Assembly: GCF_964213995.1 (NCBI RefSeq)
Contig: NW_027590177.1
Location: 310,001 to 374,000 of the forward strand
Source of the DNA: Mustelus asterias
Lineage: Eukaryota
Direction: 5' to 3'
Length of the DNA stretch: 64,000 nt
Made by a program: the position numbers and the translations under genes. Under the pieces are notes generated by a model, which ran no database searches, had not been told where the DNA came from, and saw only the letters and a program-made list of their open reading frames with translations. Below, in pieces: positions 12,282-23,966 of this stretch; position 1 is the stretch's first letter; each line of letters begins with the position of its first letter.

Positions 12282-12661
12282 ATGAATCCCTTCCCACACA
12301 CAGAATAGGTGACAGGCCTCACCCCAGTGTGAACTCGATGGTGTCTCAGCAGGTGGGATGACCAAGTGAATCCCCTCCTACACACAGTGCAGGTAAATGG
12401 TTTCTCCCTAGTGTGAACTTGCTGATGTACAATGAGGTTGGATGAATACCTAAACATTTTCTCACAGGATGTGCAGCAGAATAGCTGAACCTCAGCGTGA
12501 GCTTGCAAGTGTGACTGGAGGCAGAATGAGTCAGCAAATCCCTTCCCACACATGGAGCAGGTGAATGGTCTCTCTCCTGTGTGACTGTGTCGATGCTTTT
12601 CCAGCTGGGATGGGTAATTGAATCCCTTCCCACAGTCCTCACATTTCTGAGGTTTCTCCAT
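12245..12661 (-). CDS. Truncated C2H2 ZNF (4 fingers; 5th interrupted by Rex1), possible pseudogene
   Basis: Starts MEKPQKC. Finger 5 (YSVCGKGFI) runs into LINE-derived LPKTTRNYKRS*. Confidence 0.65.
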   Translation of the reverse strand: MEKPQKCEDCGKGFNYPSQLEKHRHSHTGERPFTCSMCGKGFADSFCLQSHLQAHAEVQLFCCTSCEKMFRYSSNLIVHQQVHTREKPFTCTVCRRGFTWSSHLLRHHRVHTGVRPVTYSVCGKGFILPKTTRNYKRS

Positions 12662-13144
12662 GGTATCAGGGTCCTTGTGTCTCTCCAGGTTGGATGATCA
12701 GTTGAAATCTCGTCCACACACAGAATACGTGTACAGTTTCTCCTCACTGAATGATGTGATGTTTTTTTCAGACTGTGTAACTGGTTAAAGCTCTTTCCAC
12801 AGTCAGTTCACTGGAACACTCTCACTCGTGTGTGTGTGTGTGTGTGAGTGAGAGAGAGAGACAGACTCGGTGCTTTTCCAGTCACACGAATTCTTCAAAT
12901 CTCTACCCAAGTCAAATCAGAACAAACATTTCTCCTTCCACATTTAAAATCTGATGATATTCAGATCCTGATGAATTGAGCCATTCTGTTTGATCTTGAC
13001 GTGATGTTTGGTTTGAACTTTTGGCTGTAAATCCTCACTTCCAATATTCTGCAAAAGTTTACAAATTTAATCATCGTCAGTCCAGGATAGAAATTCTGAA
13101 CAGACAATTCCAGTTTCTCTGGAACATTTTTTCCTCTCTTTTAA

Positions 13145-13347
13145 ATGTCGGTCCCACACACTTTCCCTCCTCCCTGGGCTGAGGTCCCAGTTTAGATGCC
13201 GCTCCCACACACTCTCCCTCCTCCCTGGGCTGAGATCCCTGTTCAGATGTCGGTCCCACACACTCTCCCTCCTCCCTGGGCTGAGATCCCTGTTCAGATG
13301 CCGGTCCCACACACTCTCTCTCCTCCCTGGGCTGAGATCCCAGTTCA
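13145..13347. repeat. 51-bp tandem repeat x4
   Basis: Unit 'gtcggtcccacacactctccctcctccctgggctgagatccctgttcagat' starts at ~13147, 13198, 13249 and 13300. Confidence 0.9.
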
Positions 13348-13369
13348 GTGTTTGGATGAGTCTCTCTGT

Positions 13370-13900
13370 GTCCCCAGCGGTGCATTGAGAATCCGATCGC
13401 CTTCATCCCGATACCGCACCGACACTGCGCATGTTTCACTCTCAGCCCGACCCCGCCCCTCATTCAGTCCGATTGGTCGGAGCATCAGCCGCTCACACTC
13501 TAACCTCCAGCATCGCCTCCTCCGATTGGTCCGGAATCGGTGTCAATCATTGTGTGTTGGCACATGCGCAGTCGGTAGAGACGGAAGGCAAGAGCTCGAG
13601 CGAGAGGTTTTAAAATGCGAGTTTTGCAAAGGGCGAGTGCGGATCCAGAGCCAAAAATAAATCCGTAAACATAAATAGAGCCAGCAGGTAAGTTGGAGAG
13701 GCTTCATAAGCCCTCGGCTTCACTAAACCCTCAATAAGCTTTCGGTCCCGCGTTTGCTCGGCGCGGCGATCTTTCTCCAGGAGAGACCCCAGATACCGGC
13801 CACCATCTTTATAGAGGCGATCTGCACCAAAGCGCATGCGCTGCTGCCATCTTTATGCGGGGCAATGTGCACTCAAGTGCATGCGCAATCTCCATGCAAT
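13370..13900. promoter_or_regulatory. Bidirectional CpG-island promoter, cassette P1 (NRF1/YY1)
   Basis: NRF1-like motifs tgcgcatg, catgcgca and gcgcatgcgc; YY1-like ccatcttt (x2); ccgattgg boxes; + strand donor cag|gtaagt at 13688. Lies between divergent ZNFs at 12661(-) and 15944(+). Confidence 0.75.
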
Positions 13901-14710
13901 CGCAGAATGTACAACATCTGCCTCTTTACCTGCTCATTGCCCAAGGAGAAATACTCCTTTCAGGTGATGCAGCATTTCACTTATACTTCCTCCAACTTGG
14001 TGAATTATATTCACTGCTCCCTTTGTGGTCTCCTCTACATTGGGGATATTAAACATACACTGGGTGACTGCTTTGTGGAAACATCTTTCACTCCAGCCCC
14101 AAGCTTGACCCCAACCTTCCGGTCACTTACCATTTCAACTCAGCATCTTGCTCTCATGCCCACCCTTGGTCTGCTGCAATGATTCAGTGATACACAATGC
14201 AAACTGAATGAAAAACACCTCATCTTCCAACTGGGCAAGTTACAGTCTTCTGGACTCAACATTGCATTCAACATCTTTAGAATGTGAACTTTCCCTTCCA
14301 TCTTCACTCTCCTTTTTTGTTTTCTGCTATTCAGTTCCTCTTGGCTTATCCCAACACAACTGCCCTGCATGGCCACTGTCCCTTGTTGTTCAGTTTTGCT
14401 CCCACTGAGTACTGACCTCTGATCTTCCATTAACACATTCCGTATCTAACCTTTGCCACAGTCAACATTCTTCAATCCCTAATGATTCCATTAACACCCT
14501 CTTTTTTCTCAAGCCCCTGACATCATTATCAATCTCTCCTTAACTCTGACCGATCACTAGCTTTCCATTCTGCCCCACCCCTCTTCACGTTTATCATTTA
14601 TATCTTTTTTATGTTCTGTAGAAGGGTCACATGGACTCAGACATTAACTTTGTTTCTCTCCACAATTGCTCCCATTCTTGCTGAGTTTATCCAGCATTTT
14701 CTGTTTTTAT
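13900..14710 (+). mobile_element. Old Penelope-like element remnant (GIY-YIG endonuclease and 3' end)
   Basis: Translation FTYTSSNLVNYIHCSLCGLLYIGDIKHTLGDCFVE matches the PLE endonuclease motif. A decayed 3' terminus lies at 14615-14710. Confidence 0.7.
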
Positions 14711-15943
14711 GCATGATCTTTAGAGGTGGCAATGAGCCATTCATAAAATGTGCGTTCACTGGGACTTTCAGATCAGCAACAATGGAATTGTAAACCCATG
14801 GTCACTCAGTAGTATGGAATTTAAGTATTGCTGATTGAAAGAGATGTGTTTTTGAAGCTTTTCATCTTGCACTCATCCAGACAGATGCAGAAATACAATT
14901 TTTCAAAGCAAACAACAATTGCTGCTGCATGAGGAACATGTATTGACTGGTTCGACAGTCAGTTCTGATTGGTTAGGATGTTGCCATGGAGAATGCACCA
15001 GGGAACTATCACTCCTGCCTTTGTTTCGTTTCAGAAAAGGCCCATTGCTTGGGCATGTTCCTTCTACATGCAGAGGACAGCTCCCTGTGTTTGACTATAT
15101 ATAGCTTCTCGCAAGTGTAAGTAAAACACTTCACAAGTCCAACTGATAATCTTTACAATTTGGTATTTTTGTGTCTGTCCGGATGAGTATAAGATACAAA
15201 AGGTTTTTAGCAATACTCCAGTGTCTTAAAGGACAAAAATATAGCAGCTAGAGGGAGAGGTGAAGGGGGAGGGTTTCAGAGTTTGGGGATGAGAGACTGA
15301 AGGCATGGTCTCAAATGGTGGAGCAATTAAATAGTGAATGTACAAGAGGCCAGAATGAGAGCAGCACAGATATCTCAGCGGGTTGCGGGGCTGGAGGATA
15401 ATATAGAGATAGGGAGGGATGAAGCCTGGAGAGATTTGAACACAAAGAGGAGAATATTAAACTAAAGACATGAGTGGGACAGGAATTTGCAACTTTGGGG
15501 ATCAAGAGATCAAAGTGTTCCATAGGAACTAGTATTTCCTGTTCTTCCGGTGATGACTTTGTAAACTCTTTTTGCAGAGAATTAGAACGGGAGGATTTGC
15601 AGACGAGAAACTCAAACCAAGTATCACGTAAAGAGCCGACAGAGTCACTCGATTAATCAGGATTTGAATATCGTCAGTCTTCGAATGTGGAAGGAGAAAT
15701 GATTGTCTGTTCTGCCCGTGGGAAAAGGTTTGAAATATCAGTGTGACTGGAAAAGCACCGAGACACACACACACCCGAGAGAGAGTGTTTCAGTGAACTG
15801 ACTGTGGAAAGAGCTTGAACCAGTTACACAGCCTGAAAAAACATCACACAGTTCACAGTGACGAGAAATTGTCCACGTGTTCTGTGTGTTAATGAGGCTT
15901 CAACTGATCATCCAACCTGGAGGGACACAAGGACACCAACACC

Positions 15944-16702
15944 ATGGAGAAACCGTGGAAATGTGGGGAGTGTGGGAAAGGATTCAATTCTCCATCCCTG
16001 CTGGAAATTCATCAGCGCAGTCACACTGGGGAGAGGCCGTTCATCTGCTCAGAGTGTGGGAAAGGATTCACTCAGTCATCCCAATTGCTAACACACCAGC
16101 GGTTTCACACTGGGGAGAGGCCATTCATCTGCTTGGAGTGTGGAAAAGGATTCACTCAGTTATCTGACCTGCGGAGACACCAGCGAGTTCACACTGGAGA
16201 GACACAGTTCACCTGCTCTGAGTGTGGGAAAGGATTCATTCAGTCATCCAATCTGCTGAAACACCAGCAAGTTCACATTGGGGAGAGACCATTCACCTGC
16301 CCTGTATGTGGGAAAGGATTCACTGGGCCCTCTGATTTGCTAAGTCACCAGCGAATTCACACTGAGGAAAAGCTGTTCAGCTGCACTTCCTGTGGAAAGA
16401 GATTCAGGTCTTCAGCCCAGCTCAGTGTACACCAGCGAGTTCACACTGGGGAGAAGCCATTCATCTGCTCTGAGTGTGGGAATAAATTTGCTCAGTTATC
16501 TCACCTGCAGACACACCAGCGAACACACACTGGAGAGAGACCATTCACCTGCTCTGAGTGTGGGAACAAATTCACTTCTTCATCGCACCTGAGGAGACAC
16601 CAGCATGTTCACACAAGGGAGAGGCCATTCACCTGCTCCGAGTGTGGGAAGGGATTCACTCAGTCTGGCAGCCTGCTGAGGCACCAACGAGTTCACAATT
16701 AA
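15944..16702 (+). CDS. C2H2 ZNF, 9 fingers (type A)
   Basis: Intact ORF starting accATGgagaaaccgtgg. Candidate acceptor tttgcag at ~15577. Confidence 0.9.
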   Translation: MEKPWKCGECGKGFNSPSLLEIHQRSHTGERPFICSECGKGFTQSSQLLTHQRFHTGERPFICLECGKGFTQLSDLRRHQRVHTGETQFTCSECGKGFIQSSNLLKHQQVHIGERPFTCPVCGKGFTGPSDLLSHQRIHTEEKLFSCTSCGKRFRSSAQLSVHQRVHTGEKPFICSECGNKFAQLSHLQTHQRTHTGERPFTCSECGNKFTSSSHLRRHQHVHTRERPFTCSECGKGFTQSGSLLRHQRVHN

Positions 16703-16749
16703 CTGCAGGGATTGGATTCTGCTGTTAGTGCAGTTCAATACTGACAGTT

Positions 16750-17040
16750 CATAAGACCATAAGACATAGGAGCAGAATTAGGCCACTCGGCCCATCGAGT
16801 CTGCTCCGCCATTCAATCGGCTGATTTTTTTTCTCATCCCATTCTCCTGCCTTTTCCCCATAACCCCTGATCCCTGATCTATCTCTGTCTTAAAGACACT
16901 CAATGACTGGCCTCCACAGCCTTCTGTGGCAAAGAGTTCCACAGATTCACCATTTCCTGGCTGAAGAAATTCCTCCTCATCTCTGTTTTAAAGGATTGTC
17001 CCTTTAGCCTGAGGTTGTGCCCTCTGGTTCTAGTTTTATC
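16750..17040 (-). mobile_element. CR1 3' end
   Basis: (cataagac)n tail; translation TRGHNLRLKG..FKTEMRRNFFSQ..VNLWNSLP. Confidence 0.85.
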
Positions 17041-17474
17041 TGGTTTGGATTTTGTTTCGTTGATGTTAATAATCCCTGTAACTGGGCTGAAGTTTAAAAT
17101 TCTAGATCTAGAGCTGATTGTGTTCTCAGGGCTGCAGCTTCCCTTTAAGAACCGCTGCCTCTGATCTTTCCCCATAACTCAGCAACTCTCATCAGAAATT
17201 AGTTTACAACAAGATTCTGAACTTTTACTTCAATCCTAAATTGATCTTTGGTACAAACTCTACAATTCAGTGCCTGAGAGGTTCTCCTGATGAACATTTC
17301 CAATTAGAAAGTGCTGATTAATCCTTGCTGAGAATTCTTACTGACCTGCACATTACACACAGTGACACCTCCATTATCCACCAGAAAGAAGGGGAATGAG
17401 AATTGATGGAGAATCGTGAGTTCCCAAATCTTACCCCTCCTGTGGGTACAGAATTTCGATTTTCAAGTTTGCTT

Positions 17475-18520
17475 ATGACACCACAGTACTGGGTCGGATC
17501 TCAAACACTGACGAGACAGAGTACAGGAATGAGATAGAGAATCTGGTAAACTGGTGCGGCAACAATAATCTCTCCCTCAATGTGTGGAATGGACTGCCTG
17601 CAGTGATAGTGGAGTCAGCCACTTTCGGAACATTTAAGCGGTTGTTGGAAAGGCACATGGAGCACACCAGGATGATAGGGAGTGGGAAAGCTTGATCTTG
17701 GTTTCAGATAAAGCTCGGCACAACATTGAGGGCTGAAGGGCCTATTCTGTGCTATACTGTTCTATGTTCTATCTTCTAATGTCAACAAAACGAAGGAGAT
17801 TGTCATCGACTTCAGGAAGCGTAAAGGAGAACATGCCCCTGTCTACATCAACAGGGACGAAGTAGAAAGGGTCGAGTGCTTCAAATTTTTAGGTATCCAG
17901 ATCACCAACAACCTGTCCTGGTCCCCTCACACCGACACTATAGTTAAGAAAGCCCACCAGTGCCTCTACTTTCTCAGAAGACGAAGGAAATTTGGCATGT
18001 CAACTACGACTCTCACCAACTTTTACGGATGCACCAAAGAAAGCATTCTTTCTGGTTGTATCACAGCTTGGTATGGCTCCTGCTCTGCCCAAGACGCAAG
18101 AAACTACAAAAGGTCGTGAATGTAGCCCAATCCATCACGCAAACCAGCCTCCCATCCATTGACTCTGTCTACACTTCCCGCTGCCTGGGCAAAGCAGCCA
18201 GCATAATTAAGGACACCATGCACTCCAGACATATTTTCTTCCACCTTCTTTCCTCGGGGAAAAAGATACAAAAGTTTGAGGTCACACATAACTGACTCAA
18301 GAACAGCTTCTTCCCTGCTGCCATCAGACTTTTGAATGCACCTACCTCACATTAAGTTGATCCTTCTCTGCACCCTAGCTATGACTGGCTGTGATTGTAA
18401 CACTACATTCTGCACTCTCGTTTCCTTCTTTATGAACAGTATGCTTGTCTGTATAGCGCACAAGAAACAATACTTTTCACTGTATACTAATACATGTGAC
18501 AATAAATCAAATCAAATCAA
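17475..18520 (+). mobile_element. Rex1/Babar-like LINE 3' fragment with nested CR1 3' end (~17581-17775)
   Basis: Translates as ETEYRNEIENLVNWCGNNNLSLN/VNKTKEIVIDFRK..FKFLGIQITNNLSW, and ends in an aatcaaatcaaatcaaa tail. Confidence 0.8.
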
Positions 18521-18649
18521 AAAAGTATTCCCCTCAGCTCGGGAGTGCACACAAGTTCCACTCCAAGTACTAGGCTGAAAAAAAAATCTCTGTCCGATAA
18601 CCCTATAAAATCTGAAGAAATTTCTGGATTATTATAGAAGTAGCTCACT

Positions 18650-19950
18650 GTGTTATGAAGAAAGCTTCCACAGCAGGTTACTGGCTGACAAACACAGGAC
18701 AGACCTGTTAACTCTGTTTGCAGCACAGGCCTTCAATCTCATGACCCTCATGTAATCTAACTGTCTGCGTGAAGGTTAAAACAGGCTCTCGAGAGTGAAG
18801 AGATTTTGAAGTGATCCGTACTGACTTCAGCCCAATACCCACATTCTGGCTCACAACAGTTAACCATTCAGAGGAGACTGCAGCCACCAGCTACAGAGAC
18901 CAGCACTCTCTCTGTGTCACCCTCTTTGTCCTCTGGGACTGGTAAACCATTCTCACCTGTCAGTTTGTGGGTTTTTCCTGTTTATTTAGCTTCTGCATCA
19001 CACTTAAACTGTTGTTCCTCAATGAAATACTTTAAGTCACTTCTGAGCTCAACACCCTTTTTGGGTAATCTGTGATTTGTGAAGCTAAATCTTACAAGTG
19101 GTGTTCGGAGTGGGATCAGTTTTCGTTAAATATGAATGGAGAAGTTCCTAAGTGAAGCCAGGACTATACAATGGCACTGCCTCACTACAGGGAATGACTG
19201 ATAGATAGTCTGAGAGAAAACAGGCCGGCCGGGGGTGAGAGATATCCTGTGGATTGGAGAAGAGGGTGACACGGATTACGAGTATATCCTCAATAGGATT
19301 TCTAAACCGGTTCAGAAAGGACAAATTGATGAGGTCCAGAATCAGTTAGAAAATATCCACAAGGTGGATGCAAGTGAACAGAGACCCGGAGAATCTTTAA
19401 AGTTCGTGCATGAACTTATGTTTGAACCAGATGTATTTACAGCATGTCAATAATTTAGAATTGTGAAAGATGATCTGCAGGTGGGGAGGATGAATCTAAG
19501 TCAACACTTATCACACTTACTGGAAAAGTTTTGACATTTACTCTCGATGGCAGCTTATGGATTTGTGTGGCTGATTCTGATCATTCGAGTCGCTTCAGTC
19601 TGTTATCCAGGGAATGTCATTCAGAAATTAGGAAAGCAAGCTTGGAAACAGCTTAAAATGGTGAGGTTAGTCTGAAATCAGTTGAGATGTCAATAAAGAT
19701 AATCCCTCTCTTGGTGGGGACATCTTTAAGAAATCACCAATAACCTTATATAAACCTTTGGAAATGTATTGACTATTATGGGGGTCTCTCTCTCACTCCT
19801 TTTCTTATCAGGAAAGCTTCCTGGGTTGATAAACACAGGACAGTGTGGACCTGTTGTCTCTGCCAAAGACACTTCTGTAGCACAGAATCTGAAACAAGAC
19901 AAACTTGATCGGCTTGGGGGGTTGTCATGACTCACATGGAAACCAACTGT
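18650..19950 (+). mobile_element. Decayed LTR retrotransposon 5' region (LTR end, PBS, gag remnant)
   Basis: 'ttaca' is followed by 'tggtgttcggagtgggat', resembling a tRNA-Leu PBS, at ~19100. ORF 19235..19453 contains the gag-like QRPGES..F..L motif. Confidence 0.5.
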
Positions 19951-20389
19951 CTGAGTAACGATTAAGCCGGATGTCCGAGCAAGCAATGAGTCACAAAATG
20001 ACTTCATGAATATCCGATGGGAATAGGAGGGATTACCTTGATTATCTGTGCTTGACTAATGGACAATTGAATAAGTGATTGATGTAAGACCCCAAAAATA
20101 AGGTTTATGAATGGGCCTTTGAGAGGGTAAATCACATCAGACAGCAAAGAACTTCTCAAAGTGATCCATCCATCCACACTTGTCCCTCTTCACTGGACAT
20201 GTGAGAAACAGGTTTATAGATGTGGCCTAATGTACAATGAATGATGACACATTAAAATGGAAATTCCACACAAGTTGCTGAAATCGAGTGTCTGTTGCCA
20301 TGGCTACAGAGTAGGTTTGTGAATGTGCCAAAGACTCACAAGCAGAGCGATCAGTCTAAATCACTTCTGAAAGTTACTGTTGGATCTCC

Positions 20390-20990
20390 ACCAGTCATTC
20401 AGACAATGTGTTCCAGATCGTCATAATTCACTGAGTAAAATAATCTCTCATCTCCATCCTGGATATTTTGCTAATTATTTTAAATCCGGGTTCTGTGGTT
20501 ACCAACCATCCCCACAATGGAAACAATTTCTCCCGATGTAGATGGGAAATGTTTTTTAAAAATCCACACCTCTATTAAATCATTCCTTAACCTTCTCAGC
20601 TTGAATAAGAACAATCCCAGCTGCTGCAGTCTCTCCACAGAACTAAAACCTCTCATCCCTGATACTATTCTGGGAAATTTTCCCTGCACCCTCTCCAAGA
20701 CCTTGACATCTTTCCCAAAGTGCGGTGCTCAGCATTGAACACAATATTTCAGCTGGGGATTAATCAGTGATTTATTAAGATTTACTATAATTGTCTTGCT
20801 TTTGTACTCCATGTCTCCATTAATAAACGGAGAACCTATTAGTTTTATATTTAAACAGCTTGATCAACTTGTCCTGTCACAGTAAAGCATTTGTTTACAT
20901 CCACTCCCAAGTCACTGCATTCCTGCATTCTGTTTAAAATTGTCCCATTTAGTTTATTCTGCCTCTCCTCATTCTTCCTTCCAAAATCTA
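20390..20990 (-). mobile_element. Old CR1 fragment
   Basis: Translation MERVQGKFPRIVSGMRGFSSVERLQQLGLF..RRLRNDLIEV. Confidence 0.75.
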
Positions 20991-21406
20991 TCATTGACTG
21001 AATCACTTTGGGATGCTCTAAGGGTGTGAAAGTTTCTGAATGAACACAAGAACTTTCTTTCTCTTTTACAGCTGATTTTGATTTTGTAGATTTTGCTCCA
21101 AAGGTTAAATAGGGATTGATATTCAAAGTTAATTATGTGACTGATCAGGAACAACTTTAGCTGGGAGTGAGTGAATTGAAATTTAAGTTAGTTTATTTGG
21201 TTGGCCAAAAAGATTTGAATCAGTGAATCGAGAGGAAAGATCCCAGACAGCGGTTCTTCAAGGTCCACTGCAGGCCTGACAGTTCAATCAGATCCACTCT
21301 CAGCTCAGGAGAGCTCAAAAACTCCACAGACTGTCCACAGGGGAGTTCTCCTGCTGCAGTGGGACCAACATTCCTGCCTTAACTAACACTACTATGGGTT
21401 AGTCGG

Positions 21407-21742
21407 TGTAGTAGGTAAAAAATACCTCTGAGGCTGGTATGAGTCAAAATAAAGTAGGCTTTATTCTCACAAGCTCACGGGAGAACTTGACCCCTTGAAA
21501 GCGGAAGCCAAAGTTCTCCCTGAACACAGAAAAGTGGGGATATATATACATTATGGCTCCCAGCACCAGTCACGACACAAACACTGGTCTGGTCATGAAT
21601 CAAAGTCCAGTTCTCTGGCAGCTGTAGTCACGATACAGTCTGAGGTTTCCTGCTCTTCCACGGCCCTTCCTTTGAAGTTACCGGCACAATTGTAGCTGGC
21701 CCAGCGGGAGTCCTCCTTTAAATGGCCGTTATCATGCTCCAC
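21407..21742 (-). mobile_element. Probable solo LTR
   Basis: TGT...ACA termini, with a minus-strand TATA-like motif (tatatat, ~21541) and AATAAA (tttatt, ~21460) in LTR order. No clear TSD seen. Confidence 0.4.
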
Positions 21743-22067
21743 ATCTTGTAATTGCCTTCCTTCCTCAAACCACAGACAAGCTTGTAGAAAAGGTAAGACT
21801 TTACAAACATTACATTGATATTTTGCTGTCTGTCTTTATAAGAATGAAGTTAAAGAATGAAACCATGAATAAATAACTTATATTCATGCCTGAAGCACTA
21901 TAAACAAGGGGATTAGCCATAATGAAGGGTCATGCTTGTGATACATTCTAAGTACAAAGTTCAACCTTTTAGGTACAAAATACATTAACCCTTTCCCTTC
22001 TTCAATCGGTCTGACTGCTGTTTGTGGAATCTTACTGTGTACAAACTGACTTGAGAAACAGTAACAA

Positions 22068-22631
22068 CTTGTATAAGTTGTTGGTGAGGCCACACCTGGA
22101 GTACTATGTACAGTTTTGGTCTCCTTATTTGAGAAAGGATATCCTGACACTGGAGGGGGTGCAGAGGAAGTTCATGAGGTTGATTCTGGAATTGAGAGGG
22201 TTGGCTTTTGGAGAAAGACTAAGTAGACTGGGACTATACTCATTGGAATTCAGAAGAATGAGGGGAGATCTTATAGAAACATATAAGATTATGAAGGGAA
22301 TGGATAAGATAGAAATAAGGAGGTTGTTTCCATTGGCAGGTGAAACTAGAACTAGGGGTCATGGCCTCAAAATAAGGCAGAGCAGATTTAGGACTGAGTT
22401 GAGGAGGAACTTGTGAATCTGTGGAATTCCCTGTCCACTGAAGCAGTTGAGGCTACCTCATTGAATGTTTTCAAGGCCAGATAGATAAATGTTTGAACAG
22501 TAAATGAATTAAGGGTTATGGTCAGTGGGTGGGTAAGCGGAGCTGAGTCCACAAAAAGATCAATGATCTTATTGAATGGCGGAGCAGGCTCGAGGGGCCA
22601 GATGGCCTACACCTGCTCCTAGTTCTTATGT
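22068..22631 (+). mobile_element. CR1 3' fragment
   Basis: Translation LVRPHLEYYVQFWSPYLRKDI..RRMRGDLIETYKIM; tail ttcttatg. Confidence 0.9.
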
Positions 22632-23012
22632 CTTTATAGAACATGTTTAATGTAATAAAACATCCCACTATGCTTCAGAGGAGTTTGAGAAAGAAAAAAC
22701 GGAGTCACATGGGAAATATTTGGATAAATGGACAAAACCATGATTGGAGAGGCAGATTATAACAATCACTTTTAACCAGGAGAGAGTGTTGGAGAGGACA
22801 GAGAGCTTGAGGGAGCCTTTGAAAAGGAACTACCTTGTGTTTGTGATGTTAAAAGATTCAGACATTGGTATTTAACATAAAGCTGATTTATTTGACTTTT
22901 ATCGAGAATATTAACATCTATAAGTAGGCTGGAGTTTATTATCAGCAGAAATAGACCCTGATCAGCAATGTTCATTCCTGACTTGATTAACCACAAAATC
23001 TAATCATTGTAG

Positions 23013-23966
23013 TTACTCATGAATTCGCTGGTGGGTCAGCAGGTCAGATGACTGAGTGAATCCCTTCCCACACTCGGAGCAGATGAACCGCCTCTCGCCA
23101 GAGTGAATTCGCTGGTGTCTCAGCAAGTGCGATGAGGTAGTGAATCCCTTTCCACACTTGGAGCATGTGAACGGTCTCTCCCCAGTGTGAACAAGCTGAT
23201 GTGTCAGGAGGTCAGATGATCGAGTGAATCCCTTCCCACATTGGGAACAGGTGAACGGTTTCTCTTCAGTGTGGCCTCGCTGGTGTGTCAGCAGGTTGGA
23301 TAACTGAGTGAATCCCTTCCCACAGTCAGAGCAGGTGAACGGCCTCTCCCCAGTGTGAACTCGCTGGTGTACAATGAGATGAGATGAATGTCTGAACCCA
23401 GTCCCACAATGAGAGCACCTGAATGGTTTCTCATCAGTGTGAACACGTTGATGGGACAACAGTTCCCTGGAACTTTTAAAACATTTCCCGCAGTCTGAAC
23501 AATTAAAAGGTTTCTGGTCAGTGTGAACTTGCTGGTGAGCCAGCAGATGAGACAAATGAGGGAATTTCTTTCCACATCTGGAGCAGGTAAATGGTTTCTC
23601 CCCTGAATGACCTCGCTGGTGTGTCCGTAAGTTGGATGACTGAGTGAATTTCTTCCCACACTCACAACAGGTGAATGGTCTCTCCCCAGTGTGAACTCGC
23701 TGGTGTATCATTAGCTGGGATAAGTGACTGAATCCTTTCCCACACTCAGAGCAGCTGATTGGTCTTTCCCCAGTGTGAGCACACTGGTGAGTTTCCAGCT
23801 CAGCTGAGGATCTGAATACTGCTGCACATTCCTCACATTTCCAAGTCATCCCCCCGCTGTGACTGCATTCGTGCTTTGACAGATCAGATGATTGGTTGAA
23901 GCCTCGTCCACACACAGAACACGTGTATGGTTTCTCCCCACTGTGACGAATGCTTTCTCCTTCCAT
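23013..23966 (-). CDS. C2H2 ZNF, 11 fingers (type B start MEGES)
   Basis: Intact ORF starting aacATGg at 23966, with an in-frame TAG 9 codons upstream. Candidate acceptor tttcacag at ~24074. Confidence 0.9.
   Translation of the reverse strand: MEGESIRHSGEKPYTCSVCGRGFNQSSDLSKHECSHSGGMTWKCEECAAVFRSSAELETHQCAHTGERPISCSECGKGFSHLSQLMIHQRVHTGERPFTCCECGKKFTQSSNLRTHQRGHSGEKPFTCSRCGKKFPHLSHLLAHQQVHTDQKPFNCSDCGKCFKSSRELLSHQRVHTDEKPFRCSHCGTGFRHSSHLIVHQRVHTGERPFTCSDCGKGFTQLSNLLTHQRGHTEEKPFTCSQCGKGFTRSSDLLTHQLVHTGERPFTCSKCGKGFTTSSHLLRHQRIHSGERRFICSECGKGFTQSSDLLTHQRIHE

Noticed and set aside
15786-15815. TGA exactly at the first Cys codon of a leader finger (FQ*TDCGK) in 5 of 6 type A leaders, suggesting selenocysteine
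   Set aside because: The same leaders have other stops at non-Cys positions and frameshifts, the 8.3-kb copy has TGC, and I could not identify a SECIS. Shared ancestry of a dead finger is the simpler explanation.
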